A DNA stretch of 64,000 nucleotides from Bdellovibrionia bacterium (GTDB lineage: Bacteria; Bdellovibrionota; Bdellovibrionia; Bdellovibrionales; JAUICD01). The position numbers and the translations under genes are program-made. Shown here in pieces: positions 34,267 to 43,621 of this stretch. The notes under the pieces were generated by a model that ran no database searches, was not told the origin of the DNA, and worked only from the letters and a program-made list of their open reading frames with translations. The DNA is taken from positions 10,551-74,550 of the forward strand of contig JAUICD010000009.1 of NCBI GenBank assembly GCA_030427965.1, given 5' to 3'. Positions within the stretch are counted from its first letter, which is position 1, and every line of letters begins with the position of its first letter.

Positions 34267-35634
34267 TTATAAAGAAAACTCTTCGGAAAGATCTATATTG
34301 GCATCAATCAATTTTGGAGTGAGGGTTTTGGCGATGTGTTTTTTGGCAAGAGCCAAATCAATTTTTTCAGGCTCTCCAAACTCTCTCAACATTCGTAATA
34401 TGAGATCTTCTTGAAGCTTTTGAATAGACTGTATAAAGCGATAGGGGATGAGGCTGTAAGTCACCATTGAGTAACTGGATCTATAAAGGTCTGGAAATGC
34501 CTTCTCGATTCGTTGTTCAGCTTGTTTAAACTTAATAAACTCCATATCGCCTGCTCGATCTGAAAACTCGTGATAATGCGCAAGTGCCATATTCTGTATA
34601 GCAAGCCCGTTCATTCTTTGTACGGAATTGAATTTTCTAAAAACACTTTCCCACGACTCATTGGTATCAAGCATTTCAAACAAAAATGAACAGTCTTCAA
34701 ACCCAGAGTTCATCCCTTGGCCATAAAAAGGAACCAAGCCATGGGCGGCATCTCCGATTAGAATAAAGTCTTTTTCATTTGTCCAATTTTTACACCGGAC
34801 GGTGCCTAAGTGACCGTTGGGGTTTTCTAGAAAGTTTTTCTCTAAATTTGGCATAAGTTTTTGGGCGTCTTGATAATGTTTAGAAAAAAGAGCTTGAATC
34901 TGTTTAGATTGATCGATCTTGTGTATGTCAATTTCACTTCCATCAGTTGTATACAGAGTTACGGTAAAGCTTCCATCTAGATTTGCAAGAGCCATCAGGA
35001 GGTGACTTCCTCTGGGCCAGAGATGAAGTGCATTTTTGTCGATCAAAAACGTATTGTTAGTTCCAGAGGGAATGAAGAGCTCTTTGTACGAAACACCAAG
35101 AGATTCCACTTTGTCCTCAACACCCAAGTGTTTCAAATACTCTTTTCGTGTCTTGGAGAATGCCCCATCAGCGCCAATTAAAATTTGATAAGGTATGCTC
35201 TCAGTTTGGGTGTGAATTGTCTTTTTTTGAAAATCAATAGAAGTTGGTTCACTCTCAAAATGAAACTTTGCTCCAACCTTCTCAGCTTCTGAGATAAGCA
35301 TACAGTTGAGTCTGCCTCTGGAAATAGAGTGATTGAACTCATCTGGAAATACACCGTATGGTTGATATTCCTCTTTACCAGATTTGGTTCGAATCAGGCG
35401 GCCCTTAATGGGAACAGTGTCTTGATCTAGTATTTTTTGTAGCCCCACATCTTGAAGTGCTTTGGCTCCTCTTGACGTGATGACAAGGTTGATAGATCGA
35501 CCACCTGGGATGGAAAGTTTTCTAATGTCATCACGTTTTTCATGGACTTGAACTTTGTGACCGCGTTTTGCAAGGCCGATTGCAAACAAAGAACCAACAA
35601 GGCCTGCGCCAACGATGGTGACGGATTCACTCAT
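34267..35634 (-). CDS. kmo: Kynurenine 3-monooxygenase (FAD-dependent)
   Basis: 455 aa. Rossmann motif IVGAGLVGSL, GRSINLVITSRGAKAL, and DAAHGLVPFYGQGMN. Overlaps kynU by 8 nt. Confidence 0.88.
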   Translation of the reverse strand: MSESVTIVGAGLVGSLFAIGLAKRGHKVQVHEKRDDIRKLSIPGGRSINLVITSRGAKALQDVGLQKILDQDTVPIKGRLIRTKSGKEEYQPYGVFPDEFNHSISRGRLNCMLISEAEKVGAKFHFESEPTSIDFQKKTIHTQTESIPYQILIGADGAFSKTRKEYLKHLGVEDKVESLGVSYKELFIPSGTNNTFLIDKNALHLWPRGSHLLMALANLDGSFTVTLYTTDGSEIDIHKIDQSKQIQALFSKHYQDAQKLMPNLEKNFLENPNGHLGTVRCKNWTNEKDFILIGDAAHGLVPFYGQGMNSGFEDCSFLFEMLDTNESWESVFRKFNSVQRMNGLAIQNMALAHYHEFSDRAGDMEFIKFKQAEQRIEKAFPDLYRSSYSMVTYSLIPYRFIQSIQKLQEDLILRMLREFGEPEKIDLALAKKHIAKTLTPKLIDANIDLSEEFSL

Positions 35635-36877
35635 TTACGGCCTCAGCAATTGAGGAGACCAAATGGAAGACATCTTCGTAACTTGTGTAAAGTGGAGCCG
35701 GGGCAATTCTTAAAATATCAGGCTCTCTAAAATCACAAATAATATTCTTTTCTCGGAAAATTTGAAGCAATCGTTTTGGATCGGCTCCAAATTTCAAAGA
35801 AAGCATTGCTCCGCGTTTTTGAGGTGTGATGATTTGAATGGTACTTCTCAGTTTATTTATCAAAAGTTCTTCTAGGTAAGAGGTCATCTGTTTGCGTTTT
35901 GAAATGATGTTTTCAAACCCAGCTCTGTGAAAAATTTCAAGCGAGGCTCTCAAAGATGCCATAGGGAGTATGGGAGGGTTGCTCAGTTGCCAAGCTTCAA
36001 CCGTTGGTATGGGATCAAAGTCAGGACCCATCTGAAATCTTGTTTCTTTGTTTTGTCCCCACCACCCCTCAAAGCGTGGAATGTCTTTTTTTCCTAAGTG
36101 ATTGGTATGAACAAATGTTCCTGCAAGCCCTCCAGGGCCCGAGTTGAGATACTTGTATCCGCACCAAACAGCAAAGTCCACATTCCAATCATGAAGCTTG
36201 AGTTCCAAATTCCCAGCTCCGTGAGCGAGGTTGAATCCAACGGGACAGTCTATGGAGTGCGCCAATTTTGTGATTTGCTCGATATCAAAGTATTGGCCAG
36301 AAAGATAATTCACATTGCCAAGTAATATAAGAGCAAGTTCGTCTTTGTGCTTTAAGATTTGTTCTTCAATCTCATCTTCACTTACTGTGTAAGAGCCTTC
36401 TTTGGGTTTTAGCTCAATCACACTTTCGTTTGGATCAAAGCCATGAAAACGTGCTTGCGAGAGTGCGGCGTATCGGTCACTTGGAAAAGTATTGTTCTCA
36501 ATCAGAATTTTATATCGAGATTTTGTTGGTCTATAGAAAGATGTGAGCATCAAATGAAGGTTCACTGTGAGTGAATTCATCACCACAACTTCTTCTGGTT
36601 TTGCACCAACAAGTTTCGCTGAGTCTTCGGTTAAAAATTCATGATAGGGTAGCCATGGAGATTTTCCTTCAAAGTGTCCCTCGACCCCATACTTTCCCCA
36701 GTCCTCCATACACTCATTCACATATTCTTTGGACTTGAGTGGAAGTGGTCCAAGAGAGTGCCCTGCAAAATAAAGAACGGGTTTTCCGTCTTGATCTTTT
36801 GGAAGTTGAAATTCATTTTTGAAACTTGCAATTTTATCACTTTGATCGAGTTTTTTGGCTTCAGCAATGTTCATCAC
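35627..36877 (-). CDS. kynU: Kynureninase (PLP-dependent)
   Basis: 416 aa. ...YFAGHSLGPLP... and ...WCGYKYLNSGPGG... (PLP-Lys region). Confidence 0.9.
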   Translation of the reverse strand: MMNIAEAKKLDQSDKIASFKNEFQLPKDQDGKPVLYFAGHSLGPLPLKSKEYVNECMEDWGKYGVEGHFEGKSPWLPYHEFLTEDSAKLVGAKPEEVVVMNSLTVNLHLMLTSFYRPTKSRYKILIENNTFPSDRYAALSQARFHGFDPNESVIELKPKEGSYTVSEDEIEEQILKHKDELALILLGNVNYLSGQYFDIEQITKLAHSIDCPVGFNLAHGAGNLELKLHDWNVDFAVWCGYKYLNSGPGGLAGTFVHTNHLGKKDIPRFEGWWGQNKETRFQMGPDFDPIPTVEAWQLSNPPILPMASLRASLEIFHRAGFENIISKRKQMTSYLEELLINKLRSTIQIITPQKRGAMLSLKFGADPKRLLQIFREKNIICDFREPDILRIAPAPLYTSYEDVFHLVSSIAEAVNE

Positions 36878-37659
36878 TTTCTGACCTCAAGACATACTGG
36901 TTCAAGATCGTCTACAATGAGTTCAATTTTTGACTCTGGTTCAAGTGTAATGGCTGGTGTTGCTGCTCCGGCAAGTACCACACATGGGACTTGTAATTCT
37001 TCGCCGTTTTTGTTGAGTAAATTGAGAAGTTCAACAATAGACTGAATAGGGTGACCTGAAATTGCACTGGAGACACCTTCGTGTGCAGTGACTCCGTTGA
37101 CTTGAAAATTCATTCTTAAATTTTCCCAATCCAAGTTTGTGAAATCAGATTTCCAGGGCCCAAGTACGTATTTGAAAGAGGAAGAGTTATCGGCAACCAC
37201 ATCTTCGAGTGAAAAATACTTAAATGCCGTATACCGTGTATCTAAAATTTCAAGCGCCGCCGAGACCCCACTGATTGAATCTAGAATATCGTTGGTTTCT
37301 GCGCCGTGTTTAATTGGTTTTTCGATTCGAAAGGCAATTTCAGGTTCAATTTTGGGATGTATGCTCCCTTTCAGTGAAAACTTTGAACCATTTTCAATTT
37401 CCATTTTGTCGGTCAATTGTCCGTAGACAGGTGAATCTAGACCCATTTGCTTACGCTTTGCCTCTGAGGTGAGCCCCATTTTCATTCCAGAGTAAGTTTC
37501 TCCGTTTGTATATCGCAGCTCAATTCCATGTTTTTGAATTTTGTAGGCGTTTTTTAGATTTAACCCCTCAAACTCTTTTGTGAGTTGGTCACGTTTCTGA
37601 GCGTTGATTCTCGAGTCGTGTAGGGATTTGGCGGCCTCTTTAATATCTGAATTATTCAT
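36874..37659 (-). CDS. 2-oxopent-4-enoate hydratase / 4-oxalocrotonate decarboxylase family protein
   Basis: 261 aa, MhpD/XylI-family-like (…NAYKIQ…GMKMGLTS…EPEIAF…). Overlaps kynU by 4 nt. Confidence 0.75.
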   Translation of the reverse strand: MNNSDIKEAAKSLHDSRINAQKRDQLTKEFEGLNLKNAYKIQKHGIELRYTNGETYSGMKMGLTSEAKRKQMGLDSPVYGQLTDKMEIENGSKFSLKGSIHPKIEPEIAFRIEKPIKHGAETNDILDSISGVSAALEILDTRYTAFKYFSLEDVVADNSSSFKYVLGPWKSDFTNLDWENLRMNFQVNGVTAHEGVSSAISGHPIQSIVELLNLLNKNGEELQVPCVVLAGAATPAITLEPESKIELIVDDLEPVCLEVRK

Positions 37660-37774
37660 AATGGTGCCTCCTTTCTAGGGGCTCTGTTTCTATGACGCAG
37701 TCAAAATGAGCTTCTACTTTTTTACGAAAAGATGGGTGTATTTTCAAGCGGAGTCTCTATATGATGTGGGCCTT

Positions 37775-38422
37775 ATGAATTGCGATTTAATTGGATCTGA
37801 CTATATCGACATTTCCCCGGTTTTGTCTTCTGAAATCGGTGTTTGGCCTGGGGATGTTCCCTTTTCTCGTAAGAAAACTCTGTCGTTTTCTGAGGGGGAT
37901 CATCTTGAGCTCTCAAGTATAACAACAACTCTTCATTTGGGAGCGCATGCTGACGGGCCAATACACTATGACAAGGATGGCGTTGGAATTGATAAAAGAA
38001 GTCTTGAGTCCTATCTTGGAAAAGTTCAGGTTGTAAGTGTTCAAATCCCAAGGGGTGAAAGAATTCATATCTCAGACCTTAGAAAGACAGAGATCCGAGC
38101 GCCTCGTGTTTTGTTTCGAACAGGGTCTTTTCCAGATCCCAACAATTGGAATGAAGATTTCAATTCACTTTCTTCTGAACTGATTGAGTACTTGGTGGAA
38201 AAAAGTGTGAAACTTGTTGGTATTGATACACCGTCAGTGGATCCACAAAACGACAAGGGACTGGAAAGCCATACAGCAATTTATAAAAATGACCTTGCGA
38301 TACTTGAAGGCTTGGTTTTATCTGAAGTGGATGATGGGTTTTACACATTGGTGGCCCTGCCGCTTAAAATTCAAGGAGCTGATGCTTCTCCAGTGCGCGC
38401 AATTTTAGTAAAGGGTGATTGA
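37775..38422 (+). CDS. kynB: Kynurenine formamidase (cyclase-family arylformamidase)
   Basis: From the ATG at 37775: ...ISPVLSSEIGVWPGDVPF...HLGAHADGPIHY... (HxGTHxDxPxH-type motif). About 215 aa, as expected for KynB. Confidence 0.85.
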   Translation: MNCDLIGSDYIDISPVLSSEIGVWPGDVPFSRKKTLSFSEGDHLELSSITTTLHLGAHADGPIHYDKDGVGIDKRSLESYLGKVQVVSVQIPRGERIHISDLRKTEIRAPRVLFRTGSFPDPNNWNEDFNSLSSELIEYLVEKSVKLVGIDTPSVDPQNDKGLESHTAIYKNDLAILEGLVLSEVDDGFYTLVALPLKIQGADASPVRAILVKGD

Positions 38423-39865
38423 ATGATACGCATACAAAATTATATAGGTGGTGAACTTCAAGACTCTGTCACAGGACAGTTTTTAGAAAACATCAACCCT
38501 GCAAATGGGAGTATTTATTCTAAAATACCGAATTCCGGTAGTGAAGATGTTGAGCGTGCCATTGAAGCTGCAGAGAGTGCATTTCCAATGTGGTCTGAGT
38601 TGCCAGAGAAAAAACGAGGTGAGTGGTTACTGAAAATTGCTGAAGGCTTAAGGAAAAAATCAAAAGAGTTTGCGGAAGCAGAATCCAGGGACAGTGGTAA
38701 GGCAATTCAGCTTGCAACAACCGTTGATATTCCAAGAGCGATTCAAAATTTTGAGTATTTCTCAACAGCATTTTACCACCTATCAGGTAACACACATCCA
38801 ATGGACGGGAAAGCTGTCAACTATACAACTCGAAAACCTCTGGGAGTCATTGGGGCTATTTCACCTTGGAATCTCCCACTTTACCTTCTGACTTGGAAAA
38901 TAGCTCCTGCAATTGCAGCTGGTAATACAATTGTGGCAAAGCCAAGTGAAGTGACGCCAATGACGGCATATCTTTTTTCAAAGCTTTTGGTTGAGTTGAG
39001 TTTCCCTCCGGGGGTGATCAATATTGTACATGGAACAGGTCCAAGTGTAGGGGCTCCGATTTGTGCTAGCCCAAAAACAAAGGCGATTTCTTTTACAGGG
39101 AGTACGGCGACTGGTAAAACTGTGGCATCCACTGCAGCGTCTATGTTTAAGAAAGTTTCTTTAGAGATGGGCGGTAAAAACCCCAATATTGTTTTTGCAG
39201 ACTGTGACTTTGAAGAAGCTGTGAGTGGTTCTGTGCGAGCGGCTTTTTCAAACAATGGGCAGATTTGCCTATGTGGTTCACGAATATATGTTGAGCGTCC
39301 AATTTATGAAAAATTCAAGGAAGAGTTTATAAAAAAAGCAAATCAGTTGAAAATTGGAGATCCGCTTGATGAGTCAAATGACCAGGGAGCTATCGTTTCT
39401 AAAAATCATTATGAAAAGATCTTAAAGTGCATTGAGTTGGCAAAAGAAGAAGGCGGTAAAGTCTTGATGGGTGGCAGTCCCTTTCCCGTCGATGGGGAAC
39501 ACTCAAAAGGTTTTTATATTTCTCCAACTTTGATTGAGGGAGTTTCAGAAACAAGTCGAACAAATCAAGAGGAGATATTTGGCCCAGTTGCTACCATTGC
39601 TCCTTTTGACACAGAGAGGGAAGTCATTGGGTTTGCCAATGGCACTGACTATGGACTAAGTGGCTCTATTTGGACACAGGATATTTCTCGTGGACATCGA
39701 GTTGCTTCAAAGATTGATTCTGGAATTTTATGGGTTAACTCTTGGATGGTACGTGATTTAAGAACACCCTTTGGTGGGATGAAGGCTTCTGGTGTTGGGC
39801 GTGAAGGCGGGGAGTGGGCTTTTGATTTTTATACAGAAACCAAAAACATTCATGTGAAGTTGTGA
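38423..39865 (+). CDS. Aldehyde dehydrogenase, probable 2-aminomuconate-6-semialdehyde dehydrogenase
   Basis: 480 aa ALDH (…SLEMGGKNP…, catalytic …NNGQICLCGSR…). The specific substrate is inferred from pathway context. Confidence 0.8.
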   Translation: MIRIQNYIGGELQDSVTGQFLENINPANGSIYSKIPNSGSEDVERAIEAAESAFPMWSELPEKKRGEWLLKIAEGLRKKSKEFAEAESRDSGKAIQLATTVDIPRAIQNFEYFSTAFYHLSGNTHPMDGKAVNYTTRKPLGVIGAISPWNLPLYLLTWKIAPAIAAGNTIVAKPSEVTPMTAYLFSKLLVELSFPPGVINIVHGTGPSVGAPICASPKTKAISFTGSTATGKTVASTAASMFKKVSLEMGGKNPNIVFADCDFEEAVSGSVRAAFSNNGQICLCGSRIYVERPIYEKFKEEFIKKANQLKIGDPLDESNDQGAIVSKNHYEKILKCIELAKEEGGKVLMGGSPFPVDGEHSKGFYISPTLIEGVSETSRTNQEEIFGPVATIAPFDTEREVIGFANGTDYGLSGSIWTQDISRGHRVASKIDSGILWVNSWMVRDLRTPFGGMKASGVGREGGEWAFDFYTETKNIHVKL

Positions 39866-39869
39866 GATT

Positions 39870-40301
39870 ATGAAAACAAATATTTTTAATTCAAATGATG
39901 CGCCAGAGCCAGTCGGACTTTATCCGCACTCTAGACAAGTTGGAAACTTTCTCTTTCTATCTGGAGTAGGGCCTCGAGAGAAAGGAAAGAAAGAGATCCC
40001 CGGAGTGACTCTAGATAAAAATGGAGAAATTTTAGATTATGACATTGAAAAACAATGTCACTCTGTTTTTAAAAACGTACGTTTAATATTAGAGGCTTCC
40101 GGAGCTTCTTGGGAAAACCTTGTAGATGTCACCGTGTTTTTGACCAACATGGAAAAAGATTTTCCTACTTTTAATAAACTCTATGCAGAGTATTTTTCTA
40201 CAAATCAACCTTGTCGAACAACTCTTGAAATCAATGCACTTCCAACTCCGATTGCAATTGAGTTAAAGTGTGTTGCCGTTCTTGAAAAGGAGGAGAAGTG
40301 A
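39870..40301 (+). CDS. RidA/YjgF-family protein, probable 2-aminomuconate deaminase
   Basis: 143 aa RidA fold sequence. The role is inferred from its position between the ALDH and HAAO genes. Confidence 0.7.
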   Translation: MKTNIFNSNDAPEPVGLYPHSRQVGNFLFLSGVGPREKGKKEIPGVTLDKNGEILDYDIEKQCHSVFKNVRLILEASGASWENLVDVTVFLTNMEKDFPTFNKLYAEYFSTNQPCRTTLEINALPTPIAIELKCVAVLEKEEK

Positions 40302-40822
40302 GTTCCTTTGGTACAATTCCTCTAAAAAAATGGATTGATGAAAATCGAGATGTTTTAAAACCACCTGTTGGTAATAAAGTGATCTGGAAAGATCGAGAAT
40401 TTATTGTCATGGCAGTTGGTGGGCCAAATCTTCGTGAAGATTACCATATCAATGAAGGCGAAGAGTTCTTTTATCAAGTTGAGGGAGATATCACACTTAA
40501 GATTCGTGATACCCATGGTGAGTTTAAAGATATTGAAATAAAAGAAGGTGAAATTTTCCTACTTCCTCCAAATGTCCCCCATTCACCTCAAAGACCAGCC
40601 AACACTGTAGGCTTGGTGGTGGAAAGGCGGAGACTACCTGAAGAGCAAGATGCATTTGTTTGGTACTGTAGATCTTGTAAGAAATTAGTTTTTAAAGAAT
40701 CTTTTCACCTGACAAATATAGAGACTCAATTGCCTGCAGTGTTTGATAAATACTATTCAAGTCGTGAAAATACCACTTGTAAAAAATGTGGCACAGACAA
40801 TGGTAAAATCAATGCGAATTGA
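40298..40822 (+). CDS. nbaC: 3-hydroxyanthranilate 3,4-dioxygenase
   Basis: 174 aa cupin (…[24 protein letters not shown]…[10 protein letters not shown]…) with a C-terminal CxxC…CxxC rubredoxin-like site (CRSC…CKKC). Confidence 0.88.
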   Translation: MSSFGTIPLKKWIDENRDVLKPPVGNKVIWKDREFIVMAVGGPNLREDYHINEGEEFFYQVEGDITLKIRDTHGEFKDIEIKEGEIFLLPPNVPHSPQRPANTVGLVVERRRLPEEQDAFVWYCRSCKKLVFKESFHLTNIETQLPAVFDKYYSSRENTTCKKCGTDNGKINAN

Positions 40823-41807
40823 TATTCATACGCATATTCTTCCTCCTGATATTCCAAAATTCAAAGATCAATTTGGTTACGGAGGGTTTATTCATTTGGA
40901 GCATCAGCCAAACTGTTGTTCCAAGATGATGAAAGATGACGGTACTTTTTTTCGTGAAATTCAGCCCAATTGTTTTGATGCCGCTGAAAGAATCAAGGAC
41001 TGTGACAAAAGTGGAATCACAAAACAGGTTTTATCAACAGTGCCAGTTATGTTTAGTTATTGGGCTAAGCCAAAAGATGGACTTGTTGTTTCTCAATTTA
41101 TCAACGATCATATCGCCGAAACAGTAAAAACACATCCAGATCGATTTTACGGGCTTGGAACCTTACCTCTTCAAGACCCCGAACTTGCTTGCCGGGAACT
41201 TGAAAGATGTGTGAAAGAGTTAGGTCTGAGTGGAGTTGAAATTGGCTCTCATGTGAACGATTGGAATTTGTCGTCTAAAGAGCTCTTCCCGGTATTTGAA
41301 ACAGCTGAAAAATTGGGAGCATCCATTTTTGTGCACCCATGGGATATGATGGGGAAAGAGCGAATGACAAAGTACTGGCTTCCCTGGCTTGTGGGAATGC
41401 CTGCAGAAGTTTCACTTGCAATTTGTTCCATGATTTTTGGCGGTGTTTTTGAGAAGCTTCCAAACCTCAAAGTGGCCTTTGCCCATGGTGGAGGGAGTTT
41501 TACAGGAACAATCGGGCGAATTGAACATGGCTTCAATGTCAGGCCTGATTTGGTTGCAATTGACAATGGTGTGAACCCTAGGGAGTACTTGGGGCGCTTT
41601 TTGGTAGATTCACTTGTTCATGACCCCAGTGTTTTGAAACAAATTCTTGAACTTTACGGTGAAGACTGTGTTGCACTTGGAACGGACTATCCCTTTCCAC
41701 TTGGGGAACTAACCCCTGGAGAGTTGATTCAAAACTCAAATTTGAGTGAGTCGGTTCAAAAGAAACTTTTTTATGAAAATGCAATGAAGTGGCTTGGAGT
41801 ATCTTAA
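40812..41807 (+). CDS. nbaD: 2-amino-3-carboxymuconate-6-semialdehyde decarboxylase (amidohydrolase_2)
   Basis: The ATG at 40812 gives [17 protein letters not shown]... (HxH metal site). About 331 aa. Overlaps nbaC by 11 nt. Confidence 0.85.
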   Translation: MRIDIHTHILPPDIPKFKDQFGYGGFIHLEHQPNCCSKMMKDDGTFFREIQPNCFDAAERIKDCDKSGITKQVLSTVPVMFSYWAKPKDGLVVSQFINDHIAETVKTHPDRFYGLGTLPLQDPELACRELERCVKELGLSGVEIGSHVNDWNLSSKELFPVFETAEKLGASIFVHPWDMMGKERMTKYWLPWLVGMPAEVSLAICSMIFGGVFEKLPNLKVAFAHGGGSFTGTIGRIEHGFNVRPDLVAIDNGVNPREYLGRFLVDSLVHDPSVLKQILELYGEDCVALGTDYPFPLGELTPGELIQNSNLSESVQKKLFYENAMKWLGVS

Positions 41808-41836
41808 GCAAGTTATAGTATTTGAGGAGTAAGAGT

Positions 41837-42571
41837 ATGGATTTGAAAATAAAAAATAAACGGGCACTTGTTATGGGTGGATCTGCGGGGATTGGTTTTT
41901 CTATTGCTAAGATTTTAAAAGAAGAAGGTGTTGAGGTTGCAATTTGTGCAAGATCCAAAGACAAGCTTGAAATGGCTTCAGGTGAGCTTGGAGTAAAGAG
42001 CTTTGAATGTGACCTTTCAAAAGAAGGGGCTGGAAGACGCGCTGTAGAGAAAGCCACTGAACTTCTTGGGGGTGTTGACATACTTGTTTCCAATACAGGT
42101 GGTCCGCCGAAAGGACATTTTGAAGATTTGAGTCCTACAGACTGGCAGGCGGGTTTTCAAAACTTATGGATGAGTACAGTTGATAGTATTCAAGCAAGCC
42201 TTCCTCAAATGCGTGAGCAGAGCTGGGGGCGTATTTTGCTTGTGACATCTGTTGCGGCAAAAGAACCGATGAGTAAACTGACTATATCAAATGGACTTCG
42301 AGCTGGACTGCATGGACTAGCCAAGAGCATTAGCCATGAGGTCGCAAAATTTAATATCACGATCAACTCGATTTTGCCGGGCTACACGGCAACAGATCGA
42401 CTTAAAGAATTGGGAATTCCAGATGAAGTGATGACTTCACAAATTCCTATGGGGCGTTTAGGAGAGCCGGATGAAATGGGAGAGCTTGCCGCTTTTTTAG
42501 CTTCGGATCGCGCACGTTATATCACGGGGCAGTTTATTGCCGTTGATGGAGGATATTTAAAAGGTGAGTAA
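41837..42571 (+). CDS. SDR-family oxidoreductase
   Basis: The ATG at 41837 follows GAGGAG. Contains ...KRALVMGGSAGIGFSIA... and ...NSILPGYTATDR.... Confidence 0.85.
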   Translation: MDLKIKNKRALVMGGSAGIGFSIAKILKEEGVEVAICARSKDKLEMASGELGVKSFECDLSKEGAGRRAVEKATELLGGVDILVSNTGGPPKGHFEDLSPTDWQAGFQNLWMSTVDSIQASLPQMREQSWGRILLVTSVAAKEPMSKLTISNGLRAGLHGLAKSISHEVAKFNITINSILPGYTATDRLKELGIPDEVMTSQIPMGRLGEPDEMGELAAFLASDRARYITGQFIAVDGGYLKGE

Positions 42572-42584
42572 GTTTCTGGGCATT

Positions 42585-43619
42585 TTAACTTCGCCACTCC
42601 AGAAGCTTTTCGGGTACTGGGTTTTGAAAAGTGCGATTTTCATTTCGTGACTTTTCAAACTCAGTTTTGAGTTTAAAGTACCACTTGGCTTGCGTATCTG
42701 CATCCTCAATCAACATCAAAGAGGGGCTGAACTTCAAACCCTCTTGTTGTCGTTCAATTGCCACGCGATCTTGATCCATAAAGATCTTTCCGAAATACTG
42801 AATGATTGGCTTAAAGAGCCATAAAAATTTGAGATCCCAAAACATGAGATGATAAATTTGTGTCCGATTTTCATCTATAGGAGTAAGGCAGGTGAGTCCA
42901 AAAATATTTTTTCGACCAACCTCAATGTGCTCAAGTCGAAGACCTGGAAGTTGGAAAGTGATTTCCGTTGTGGGTTGCCCGCCCAAGAGTTTGTACATTT
43001 TGGCGTTACTAGATGGTGGATGACGAACCATTTTAAAACCCATGGGATCACTTGGAGCAAACTGCTTCTTTTTAGAATGTATAGATTTCTCATTTCTCCA
43101 AAACCAGGATTTATGTACAAATGGACCATGAGCTGGGTCCATAAGTCCAATCACAGCGTGATCCATTGAACACTTAAAATCCATTTTTAATACGTATCCA
43201 GGGGTTGAAGTTGTGAGTCTTGAAACCATTGGAAGCGGAGGGAGTTCTGTTGATGAAACAAACTTTTCATCTGAAAAGTAGAACCAAATCATTCCGCCTT
43301 TCTCTTTAATGGGATAACTCTTCACTCGAATTTTCGTGCAGTCCATATTTTGATTTTCTGTCAGCGAAGGAATATGTGTGCACACCCCATCTTCCTTAAA
43401 TTTCCACCCGTGGTAGGGGCATTGAACTTCGTTCTTGGTGACGTCGCCATAATGAAAGGGTATTCCTCGGTGTGGACAAATATTTTTGAGAGCAAATGCT
43501 TTGCCATCTCCTCCACGGGCAAAGACAATAGGTTCCCCTAAGAGAGTTTTGGAAATCATTTTTCCAGTTTTTAATTCTTTTGAGAGGCACCCCATATACC
43601 AAAGGTTTTTCAAAAACAT
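42585..43619 (-). CDS. Rieske [2Fe-2S] non-heme iron oxygenase (VanA/PaO-like)
   Basis: 344 aa. Rieske motif CPHRG...CPYHGWKF and mononuclear iron motif DPAHGPFVH. Confidence 0.85.
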   Translation of the reverse strand: MFLKNLWYMGCLSKELKTGKMISKTLLGEPIVFARGGDGKAFALKNICPHRGIPFHYGDVTKNEVQCPYHGWKFKEDGVCTHIPSLTENQNMDCTKIRVKSYPIKEKGGMIWFYFSDEKFVSSTELPPLPMVSRLTTSTPGYVLKMDFKCSMDHAVIGLMDPAHGPFVHKSWFWRNEKSIHSKKKQFAPSDPMGFKMVRHPPSSNAKMYKLLGGQPTTEITFQLPGLRLEHIEVGRKNIFGLTCLTPIDENRTQIYHLMFWDLKFLWLFKPIIQYFGKIFMDQDRVAIERQQEGLKFSPSLMLIEDADTQAKWYFKLKTEFEKSRNENRTFQNPVPEKLLEWRS

Positions 43620-43621
43620 AT

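Noticed and set aside
41578-42093. 171-aa minus-strand ORF across the ACMSD/SDR junction
   Set aside because: It is antisense to two well-supported genes and has a Ser/Pro-rich composition typical of shadow ORFs.
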